A stretch of 64,000 nt of DNA from Antedon mediterranea (taxonomy: Eukaryota; Animalia; Echinodermata), in assembly GCF_964355755.1 (NCBI RefSeq), contig NC_092679.1, forward strand, positions 19,947,432 through 20,011,431, given 5' to 3'. The notes under the pieces were generated by a model. It saw only the letters and a program-made list of their open reading frames with translations, made no database searches and was not told the DNA's origin. Positions 49,201 through 61,068 of this stretch are shown here, in pieces (positions within the stretch are counted from its first letter, which is position 1; each line of letters opens with the position of its first letter). The translations under genes were made by a program, and so were the position numbers.

Positions 49201-50051
49201 GTTATAAGAACATTGCACTACAGTCTGCTGTACAGTACATATTAGAATTACATTTTAAAAAATGGTAATAAAAACTAAAAATTAAATATGACCGAATCAT
49301 ACATAAAACAATCTTTGTTTGATATGGTACACTCTACTACCATGCTAAATCGTACATAGATTTAATAAGATTCATTGAGATGTTGTAACAGATGGTATGT
49401 TTTTGCGTTGAGCCTCTAAGGATTTATATCAATATTCAATTCAAATACATTCAAAGTCTTATCAGTCACATTCTATATGTAAAACTAGAAGATAATAAAA
49501 ATTGATGGGTTTATCTGCAAAACAAAAGAAAAAATGATGCTTTGTGTTGAGTAACAAGAGTTTATGAATAAATATTGTTTTTTGTTTTTGTCTTGCAGGA
49601 TGATTTTGATACATTACGGCCGCTATGTTACCCGCAAACGGACGTGTTTCTGTTATGCTTTAGTGTTGTTTCACCGACATCGTACACAAACGTCCTAGAA
49701 AAATGGTTTCCAGAGGTACATCGGCATTGCCCGAAAACGCCAATTATTTTAGTAGGAACGCAATGCGACTTAAGAACTGATGTAAACATCTTAATAGACT
49801 TAGCCAAAAACAATGAACGGCCCGTAACGGAGGCCGAGGCAGCTCAAAGAGCAAAGATGATGAACGCGGTGTCGTATTTAGAATGTTCAGCATTAACGCA
49901 ACACAACATGAAAGAAGTGTTTGACGCAGCGATGTTGTCTGCGCTTAAAATCACAGAACCGCCGAAGAGGAAAAGCAAATTAGGCAAAAAATACTTAAAA
50001 GCGCAGAAACAAAAACCATCTGTTTGGAAAAAACTGTGTTGTATTGTATGA
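46208..50051 (+). CDS. RHOU: Atypical Cdc42-related Rho GTPase, RhoU/RhoV (Wrch/Chp)-like, 3 exons (46208 or 46268-46514, 47024-47082, 49599-50051)
   Basis: [88 protein letters not shown], a polybasic tail and WKKLCCIV*. The second ATG (MPP...) resembles the RhoU/V start. RhoU versus RhoV cannot be resolved. Confidence 0.92.
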
Positions 50052-53000
50052 GATAAACGAGAAATTCTGGATGCAATTTACGTCATCTTCATCTACATTC
50101 CAAGTAGAATATTGATACAAAGCGTGTAACGAATGTGATGATTTTATTGACATTACACTAGTGGCGTGGAAGAAGTACTGTAGAAGCTCTACACTAGTGA
50201 TGCGGAAGAAGTGCTGAATCGTCCACAGGAATTAAAAAATTGGTACAAACATGATGAAAAACTATGCAAAGGATCGTACTGTACCTAGAGATTTGGCAGT
50301 TCTGTCTGTCTGTCTGTTATGTCCATTTATCGGAGAACTATCCTTAAGACTTTCAAAAACGGATTCTGATTGGACCAAACAAACAGATCTATAAATCCAA
50401 AACATTTTAAAAACTATTTTGAATAATATAATGAAATGGATTGCAATTTTTATTAAACGTTGAAGATTTGTTGTTAGTTTGAACAAAATTGTAAACAATC
50501 GGATATATCAACAAATGTTTTGTACATTTGAGGCCTATTGTAAATTAATATTTGAGCTTGTATATATGTTTAAAAGATATAAGATTTATTTATTTTGTGG
50601 GAACTAGAATATTGTAAATTATGTATGTGTACAAAATAAGGGAATGAACATAGGGGTTGATTCTCATTTTAAGTGGGAACGAAACGTTGTTTTAAGAGGA
50701 AAGGTTTTTGATTACTATGTAATTAAATTTATCCATTTTAAAAACTTTTATAAGAATTATGAAACTCCAAGTTACTGTATTGTTAAATGACAGTAATATT
50801 ATCTATAATTACTTTCGTTCTTATTTAGAAACCAAGTTCGTAAATACCGACATGGCGCGGTGTGTTGTCGTCTTTATGTTCGTATCGAAGCATTAAATAA
50901 AAGTGCATTGTTTTACAGATGAATTGTTGAGTTCAAAGTCTTTTGTTTGTTTGTCTGGCGGCTCGGAGTGAATGAAGAAACTACACGAACGGAACAAATC
51001 ACTTTCAATCATAATAAAGGTGACCTAATAATAGAAGAACTTAGCAATACAAACAAATATGAACTTATATTTGAAAATCCTTTCAAGTATTTTACAACCA
51101 ATTTGAAAAAGGTTATCTAATAATTCTCTCTATCTCTCAAAAAAAATTCTCTCGGCTAATATTCAAAGCCATCGATGATGCTTACTATTTTTAGTGAACA
51201 CACTTTTATACATTGATTGTGGGAAGGTTAAATTCAGTTTGAAGACCAAACGGAACCAGAGTTTGAAAGTTGAGTACAACAATTCCCAACTGTGCTAATA
51301 AAATGGAATAGATACTCCTATCCACCCATTTCTACAAGACCTAGAATAAATTCGGAAATGAGTTTTGTGGTTAGTACCACTTTAAAAGCTAAACAAACTA
51401 ACTTTCAAGTATTGTGTACTTAGTAACCGCTTCACAAATCAATTCCTAAATACTCGCGGCCATACATAACAATGTCAATAAGATGTACACGCACAGACTA
51501 AACCAACTAGAGTATGCTTTCCCATAGTGTTTGTGAACTATAATGCTAAACCATCCATATAAATTGTGAAGGACAGAATATTTTTTGATTGGTATGGTAG
51601 GCCATGTATACTTCCCTCTGCCAATCTTGGCATACACACAACGTGGGAGAATTGACTACAGCAGGTTGTTACAGGATTGAGGTACCTTCCGAGATAAAAG
51701 GAAATAGGAAGTATTAAATTAATATTATCTTGTATGATTGCACTGCAGAGATACAGATAATATAAGGGATGATATAAGTCAATCATGGAGGTATATACCT
51801 CCATAGCCCCTTTCTTACCGATGTGTCTGCAATATACCGGTACAGTGCTGGCGTCGTGCCGGTATCGTTACCGGCATATACCCATTCTCATCGGACTATC
51901 GTGCCGGAAATATAACCGGTATATACCGGCTTTCTCTGAGAAAGGAGTCGGGCATATTCGGCCAATAAAAAGTCTCTTTATTGTTATTATTTTTGTCTAG
52001 GGATATATGGCGGCGAATGTTAGGTTACAGATTATTATCTTCCTTTATAGCATATTTATGCAATACATGCTATGTACAGTATATTGTGCATATATTATAC
52101 AGGTAGGCCTACAGCAATTAATTAGCCGTCATCGGCAATCTGTAAAACACCTTAGAAGGCTGTACAATTTACTAGGCGACGAAGGGTCAGGCTAGTTGTT
52201 AGGCACCAACAAAGAGCTATATGGCCTAGGCCTGCTATAGATTATGCTACAAATTTCTTCTTGTCCCCTTATTTTAAGCAGCTCTCTTATCTCATTATCC
52301 CTCCAGTTCGACATTATTATTGTTAATTGAATTGAATCGGCGCCAAAGTGATACACTTGACCGCGCAAGGTGTCTGAAGTCTCGGCAGGGAACCCCGGAA
52401 TATAACGGCGTTACGTTCTCATAGAATGCCCGTCTGGCATTGCGGGGAATATCCCTAGATTATTACTAGGTCTAAAGCAGGTCATGTCGATGCCGGCATG
52501 GTGCCGGCATGATGCCAAGACGACCCGTTCTCACAGAAAACCATACCGGCATGGTAATGGTATATTCCCGCAATATTCCTGGCACTCAGCTCTGTGAGAA
52601 AGGGGCTCATGAGTCCATAATAAAGCAAGGAATAGGTGGTTGTCACATGAAGGAAATTTTCCTCCATGGTTGTCATAAAGCGAGTATTTGGCTAAAATTT
52701 AGCTGTATGCAAAGACCGAAATAAGATTTTATGTTAAGTACCCTTCCTTGACATTCTTTATGATTCTAACTATGCAAAAGAAATATTCTCTTCCAGAATA
52801 CTAGTGCGGACGTAGTTAATAACAAGATCTCACAATCATCTACTTTTAGTTTTACTGGTAAAAGTAGAGAGAGGCTTCTCAATGTGAAAATTGAGATGAG
52901 TAGATGGACACTAAAGCTATAGGGTGCAAGAAATTTTGACTGGTTTTCTTGATCATACCATAGAAAAATAAACCAATTCCTCCTTAATCATCCACCTCCA

Positions 53001-53993
53001 CCCAGTAGCCTACCACATTGAATCCTGATAGCTATAAAGATAAGGGTCCGGACTTAATTGTATTATCTCCTATGATTTCCATGTTACACACAAGATATAG
53101 GCCTCAAGCTAGGCCTCAAGTGTCTCCCATTCCAGGATACAGTTAACACAAAGGGAAGTATTAAATTTCATTATCTCCCATTCAGAGCAGGAAGTAAACC
53201 AAGGCCTAGAGGCTCTACAAACAGAGGATTCTGAGAGTGTTTACTTATTATATGATTTGATGAACAAGTTCATGGTGCAATGTTGTAATATTATGTTATA
53301 TTAAAACCAAGCTGCAAGATGTATAAAATAAACATTTTGGCACACATGACATTTCATATGTATAAAAATAAAAAAATTAAAATTAATTTGTGCACCTCGA
53401 TTGGCACATAGCCGCGTGGAGGGAACACATCCGAAAATATTAGAAATTGATTATTGAGATAATTTAACTAGACATATTCATAGTTTGCACGTATTTACAT
53501 AATTTATGCAAATAAATACAAAGATGTATGCAAATTACAAGATGAGAACCAATCACGTGCATCCATGGGTAAACAAGAAATGTACTATTTTTGGAAGCAT
53601 TTAACAATTCTGGTATACTGTAGCAAAACAGGATTTTGAACCACTAAAAACAGTGCCCCTGTTGTTTCTCTTGTTTATATATATTAACTGTATATAACTG
53701 TACTGTTAATTTTTTATACAATCTGAACTATAAATCAATTGATTTTATCTTCAAAACCACATAGTTTCAAGTCCTATTTGATTGACAATATCTAATCTAT
53801 GACAAATGAATTTGTCTAAACCACAGATAGCTAACTGTCAATCATAACGGTGACATTAACGCATGACTGTTTGCAACATTTCCTTTGAAATTCTGTGAAA
53901 AAATTAAAACTATTACAAGAGCTTTTCCAAATAAAAAATCACATTAAAAAAATACATAAGTAAATACGTAGGTTGTGTGTTTAACTATCCACC

Positions 53994-54063
53994 AATTGCA
54001 TAAACTAATTGCATAAACTAATTGCATAAACTAATTGCATAAACTAATTGCATAAACTAATTG
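53994..54063. repeat. 13-bp tandem repeat x5 (aattgcataaact)
   Basis: Direct inspection. Confidence 0.95.
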
Positions 54064-54674
54064 ATACTGTATCTTTGTGGGAACACTTATTTCCATATGC
54101 AAGTTTAAAAAAAAAAAAATTAACAATTACGCTATTGTAATTTGCTTGTTCCAAATTTGCAATTTTTCTATCCGGATCTCCAACCAAAAAAAAAATTACA
54201 TTTTGCAAATTGCAAATGGTCCACATTTTATAGGGTCTTAAAATAAATAAGTACTCAATATTATGAAAATGGTCCAAAATATATTAATCCGCACCCACCC
54301 ACCTAAAATCCTGCGTACGGAGGTGAGATGTATGGATAATTTAACAAACAAGGTACCAAAATGATACCAAAATTATGCATCTGTTAAAACATAAAAATAA
54401 CCCAGTACCTACCACCAATACAAACAAATTATAAAGACATTATACTAAAGGCTTATATATTTCTTGGAAAATTTGTCAAGTACCAGTTTGTGCTTTGGCT
54501 ATCTTCCAATAACATAATCCATGATTAATAAAATACTAGGTTATCCATATGCAGAAATATTATTAATTTATTATAGTGTAAAGTGCAAAATATATATTAT
54601 AGGTAAAGATAATAAGATTCATTACTAATATTGTAATCACAAAGGGTAGGGGGAAGGGAGGAAATGGGAGAGAC

Positions 54675-54852
54675 GGTATTTATTCAGGGGAGATACTTAT
54701 GGGGAGGGTGTATATTTATGGGGGAGGGGTATATTTATGGGAGAGGGGGTATATTTATGGGGGAAGGGTATATTTTTTGGGGAAGTGTATATTTATGGGG
54801 GAGGGGTATATTTATGGGTGAGGGGTATATTTATGGGGGAGTGGGTATCAGG
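54675..54852. repeat. G-rich ~19-bp tandem repeat (atatttatgggggaggggt), about 8 units
   Basis: Direct inspection. Confidence 0.9.
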
Positions 54853-57800
54853 GTACAAACAAATCTCCCTCTTGTGCTAAAATAACCTTTTCAAATGAGA
54901 GACCATCAGAAGAACATTCTCTATATAAAAATCCTGGACTCGGTAATCGCATACTCTATATATACAATAAATATTTAATAGCAAATTTATCAATATTACA
55001 TTATGCAAATTGTTATGTGTACAGTATTATAACAGTATGACAATTAAAGCTAAAAATAGCATTGTAATATTACAAATCATACAAATATTCTTACAAACTT
55101 GTTTGTATGATATAAATTATACAGCATGTATGAAATTTATTATGTGCATGCGTTATTGTCTGTGTAGCATTGCATAATTCACTCCAAACGAGAAAACAAA
55201 TCCCAAGGTACGTAAATTTAGCTCGTAAAGTATAAAAGCAAAATGTAAATGTGCGATGTTGTAAGGCAAACGTATAAATACATTTTAGATATATTGTTTT
55301 TGAGTTATGTATTATATAAGTAAGTTTTAATATGTGAAATTTTAAATGAAGAATTGATAGAGGATTGGCGATGAAAAGAATAATAATTAGGGATGGAAGA
55401 TGAGATGGAATGGAAGACGGTTAAATGATAATATACCTTAATTTAGTCACAGATACTTTTGATGTACCCTAGAGTGTTTTCATTCAGGTCATTAAGAAAA
55501 ATATAAACAATATAATACATTGGAAATACTGTATATTTACAATTATATAACTGATAATTTAGGTTAGTTAAAAAAACATGAAAAAAAATATGGAAGAAAA
55601 ATGTGAATTTCCTGTGAAGGATGAAAATAAATTATCTGTATCAAGTTTTTAACAAATTGGGATATGAGGAATGAGAAAGAGAATAAAGAAGTTCTTTTCA
55701 AGGAATTTAATTTTTATAATTAACCATTGTACCTCTATTGTATTAACCAGGGTCTGTTAAAGTTCAAAATAAAGAAGACCTGTAGAAAATAAGGGAGGCG
55801 TAACATTTGGTGGCCTTGTGTGACCTAACGCCCAAAAAAAAAAAAACATCCAACACCAAAATATCTGTGCAAAAGTTTCTCTGCACCTTAACAAAAACTA
55901 ATTTATAATTGTAGTTTCTTATTTCATTCATCACACACCCCCACATCCCCATCATCCAACCCACGCCACACATTTCATCCTACCTAATTACCATACCAAA
56001 ACCCCTTATGACTTGCTAGTATAATCACATGACCAATCAGCCCATATGTCGTGTGACTAAACGAAACATGTTCCTTTAAGGTATATACATTAATACAATG
56101 GTAAAGTTATTTACATTCTTCTAAGCAAAGCAAACAACGTCACTGAATATTTTAAAATCTTTTGTAAGCAGAAACGTTGGACATTCTATAAATAACCGCA
56201 CTATTCAAAATTTTAAAAAGATTGTTTTGATTACAAGAAATAAATATTTTTATAAGATGTATATAACTATTACGGTACATATAAAGTAAATTTTCTTTCA
56301 CTAATGGCGTTCTTATTTTGTGCAATATAGCTAAATATATGTAGGAGTGATAGAGAGAATTGCTTTAAAGCTCTGTCTACACTATCAACTTTATGTGCCA
56401 AATATATGGACATATTTGGGTATATCACTACCATATTTGGGTATATCACTACCATATTTGGGTACATCACGCTTTTTTTGTCAAACTACTTTGATAGTGT
56501 TGACAGAGTTCAAGGGATGTCTAGTTTACAGTGCTTTTGGATTTTGTGCACTTAAAAAACCAATAAATTTTGGAAAGAGTAAAGGGTTCTGTTCTGGTCC
56601 ATTTTACCCCCTGTTAATTAACACTAATTTGCATACATTGTGCATACATGTGTCATGTTGGATATTGTTGGCTTGGAGGTTAAGGTTCAAATCTTTATTT
56701 CATTTGCTTACTTGCATCAGGGAGTTTTTACAACTCCCTGCTTGCATGTCCTGGTAGGAAATAATGCAAATTTTTTAAATGGTGTATTTTTGATGTATAC
56801 TATTTATGGCGATCTGTTACACGCTACAGAAACTGGGTATCATAGCTTTATGTGTCACATGACTTGTACGACTCGATTTAATGCAAGTTCTGCGACAGGA
56901 CCGTACAATTAGAAAGGTATTTTCTATAAGTCAACGACCTAATAGTAAACAAAATCATCCTTTTAATCTTCTTTGACCTCAAATACATGAAAAAGTACAC
57001 AGGATTATCGTTATTATAATTAAATAGATAATTAATTCTAATTATCATCAACAGGATTAAACGAAGGTTTTACTTTTAGTCATGTTATAACTTAATTGGA
57101 TTTTATTTTTTTTATAATGCCGAACGGTTCTTTTCTCACAAGAATAAAATTAACTTAAAACCCTAAATTAATGAAAATAATCAACCAAAACTCATGGATC
57201 AGTGAAAAGAGATAAAGGAAAACCTGGAATAAGGGAAGATAGTACTTACAGATATTGTAAACCTTTTCACCCTTTTAATTTACTTTTTGTAAACAAGGTT
57301 AACAAAGCTAATACCAGATTTTTAGGCTTGGCTGGGGAAAATCGGAAATTAACAATTAACTATTGAGTGTGTTCAAATCCAAGGTAAGTATTCAACAATT
57401 AACAAATCCTTACCTATAGTTCAATCGGTATTATTTTTATCTTATGGTGTTTTACAATGAATGGAATAAGGTGTAAACAATCCATCTATAAAACTGTCCT
57501 TCCGATTAAACATTGAGCTTGAGGTAATCTGTATTGTCAAAAGATTGGATTCATTTAGATTTTTTCTATGATTTAGATAAAGCAGAATACTTTGGTTTGT
57601 ATTTGAATGGTCATATTTTGACTGGACATAAAATGTAAATTTGGTCACTTGTACTTTTCAATGAACTTTTGGTCAGTATTAGTATCTTGTGTTTATTACT
57701 GTAGATGACCGAAGTGAATGCAAATTTGGAAAAATTTAGGGGTGGGATTGCACTAACAATGTATTTGTCTAAAGTACTGAAGCCACTGTAGAACAGTTGC

Positions 57801-60800
57801 CTAACAGTAGAACTTATTAAGAGGACACCTTCTGAACTCAACAAAGTTTCTCCTTAATAGGAGTGTCCACTGAATAGGTGTTTCCCAAAAGAGGTGGTTT
57901 TACTACTGTATATCTTCCAATCAAAGGCCCTGTTTCTGCTGCCAAGTAAATACCGTATTTAATACGGTATCTTTTTAATACTGTACATGACCGCCCAAGA
58001 TAGTAATGCTACTTGGTTAAACTAGCGTGGTCGTTTTTTCTGACCAAATTTTGTACCCTGGGTTAGTTTCGATCCGTAAGAGAACGTTTTTCCAAGTTCT
58101 AGAAAAATCTCCAGACATGTGAATGACGACATCAACTGAATACTCTACTCTGAAGGAATTACGACTAAGTTCGCAAGCTAACAGGATTTGTAAACTTTTT
58201 GTCATGGTATACTGCAGTGTTATAAAGCTCACTTTAGTGTATTTCCATTAAAAAAAAATCAATTACAACCAGTGTACACAAATCAAACAAGCTACTTGTC
58301 AATTCACAATACTTTTCAACAAAAATATTTAATCAATAGAAAAGTCAAGTACCATATGAACAGATATTAGAAATAAATCATATAGAAAACATGCATTGTT
58401 GCGATAATTAAGAGAGGGGGAGTAAACTTTTCTACATTAAAGTCTAGATTAGCTCCCACAATGCAAATAAACTGTTAAATTGATAACATCTTTATTGGGA
58501 TTTAAACTTTCTAGACTTCTTTTATATATCGGAGAAGAATAGCTGACAAAATGTTGATATTGTGAAGGGCTTGATACAATAGCATAGATTTACCCTCTGA
58601 TTTCTTGTTGTAGAGTTGATTGCAAATTAAAAAGTGGTAAAGTGCTTTGTAAATGAAGTCTTTTCACAAACGTTAACTTGTTCTGAAAAGATTTCAAAAG
58701 CACTTATTAAATTAACAATAATAGAAGTTTTTGTATTTGATGTTTTGCCAAAATTGCTATATTGTGGTTTTAAAAAAACTTTTATTACAAGGGACCAATA
58801 ATAAAGATAAGTGATAAAGGTTTTTATAATATTCTTTAGTTTTTTACTGAATTACATTAAAAGTGCACTAAAAATCTACTACTGTATATTGTGGTTTTAA
58901 AACACTTTTTATCACAAGGGAATATTACAACTAATATTGAAAGCGATAATGTTTTTGTATTCCATTAATAGCAATTTTATCCAAAATTGTTATAAAGTGG
59001 TTTAAAAAAACTTTTTTATTACAAGGGGGCCAATACAAATAATACAGGTAGTTCTTGTATTCTTTAGTGCTTGTATTGGATTGGAATAAAATAAACAAAC
59101 AGATGAACGATTATTTGTTTGTATTGGTTTACATTTAAAAGTGCACTGTAACAATTACAGACAAAATTGCTATATTGTGGTTTTCTTTTTTTTTTAAAGG
59201 TTTATTATACTACCGTATGCTGAATTACTAGGGACCATGTGATCAACCAATATGATAAGAAAAGTTTTTTTAAATTCTTTTTGATGAGCATTATCCTAAT
59301 AGAAATCTAAATCAAAATTGTGGTTTTGCTTCTTTTTTAAAATCAGTTTTATAAATGAGAGATAGTAGGTATCAACATACCAAACAAAAAAGAGAGCGAT
59401 TATTTCTACTACTTGTAAACATAACTGAAATTAAGAGGTTAGCTCACTGGTACAAAGATACCTCGTAGTACCGTAGGTAAATTTATCAAAAACTATAAAT
59501 TGTAATCGTAAATTGTAATTAGCCTATGTATCATGTCACAAATAGCAAGAAAATTATCAAACATAAAATAGAAGTATTTTATAAATGTTTGTTTACCTGC
59601 AAGGTATCACATACAGTCAACAAGCTCTGCTTTTAGAAAACAGTGCCTCCTTTTTCTGTATATTGTAAGAAATTATTTTTATGTTTATTTGTGAAGGAAA
59701 TACATGTTATTTTAATTGAACTATTATTAGATCTAAATTGGAGATCATTGGAATAATATTAATCTTAGGCCTATAGAGCACCTAATACCAATGTTTCTAA
59801 GCATTTTACACACATACAAAAAAAGAAAGAAGTCATCAAATATATTTTTAACATGATGCTGAATGAAGAGAAATCATTTTAACTGTTCTATTCACCAGAA
59901 CCAGAAGCCTTCTGGTTCTGGTGAAGCTGTAGTTGTATTTCTTTCAACATATTTTTAAACCCCCATTAATAATATATTCATTTATCCTTACTCTGTTTCT
60001 AGGCCAATAGATAACGTCAAGGCAGGAATCGTTCATAATGTTATGTTCTTCGAAAAAAATCAATAATCTGAAATTATACTTTAAAGGTTGAATAAATTGC
60101 TTGGTATTATACATGTAATTATTCCTAACGAGCGCAAATGGCTATTAACGGATTGAAATTCTAAAACGAATGGAAATTTTAATGAAAAAACTAATGCAAA
60201 TTTATAATCACAATATAGCATGAATATATTTTAGATATATGGATTTTCCAAAAAAAATTTGTTTTTAATTCAATTCAAATATAATAGTAGGTTTCCTTGG
60301 TTTACATAGTTATATTAAAAACCCCTTCTTTTGGGACACCCCCATTAAGAGGATACATGCATTGAGGCAACTCTAGTCAGCCAACTCCTATTCAGAAGAC
60401 AGCTCTGTTCTCAGGCACTTTCACTACGTATTTTAACTGCTTATATGGTAAGCAGACACCCACCCTCAACAAGACACCATCCCCCCCCCCCACCCTCTCA
60501 AACAAAACTCTGGATTCTTCCCAGGGGTGCCTCAGAACCAGTTAGGTAGACCATGTTATAAATCGTTTTACGCCTCTTAACTGTATTACATAATACTGTA
60601 AACATTCATGTCTGTTGAATTTTTTAAACATGATAAATTATGAAATAAAGAGGAAGAAGATAGTAATAAAATTTAGCAATATATCTATATGAACAGTGTC
60701 ATGTGCCTTTAAATCTTCTTTATTACAGTTAATATAACTTTACAGCTATATCCAGGGGCCTAGCATAGTCCCTGGATTGACAAGACCTTGAGATGTGCCA

Positions 60801-60889
60801 AGTGTCTAGCATTGCCGAAAGGTGTTCTTATACAGTAATAGACACACAGATCATGATACAGAACAGTGGATGCGTTGTTTATTTACTTA

Positions 60890-61068
60890 AGCTTGGTTCC
60901 CACTAGAACGCAACGCAAGGACGTAAACGCAACGCAAGCGTTTTAACCAATGACAAGCGAAGTTATATACAGTTAGCAATCACAAGCGAATAAGCCATCG
61001 CTTGTGATTGGTTAAAACGTTTGCATTGCGTTTACGTCCTTGCGTTACGTTCTAGTGGGAACCAAGCT
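60890..61068. mobile_element. Harbinger-type MITE family B (TIR AGCTTGGTTCCCACTAG), an almost perfect 179-bp palindrome
   Basis: tta-AGCTTGGTTCCCACTAGAACGCAACGCAAGGACGTAA...TTACGTCCTTGCGTTACGTTCTAGTGGGAACCAAGCT-tta. Relics at about 28760-28790, 31848-31972 and 39469-39772. Confidence 0.85.

Noticed and set aside
45830-54085. Scattered GTGGGAA (Su(H)/CSL-like) sites around RhoU/V
   Set aside because: Few, unpaired and dispersed; cannot be distinguished from chance without conservation data.
57442-57844. Two overlapping minus-strand ORFs as a possible hidden gene or transposon relic
   Set aside because: No recognisable motif or splice structure, and one begins within a MITE. A BLASTX search would be needed to revive it.
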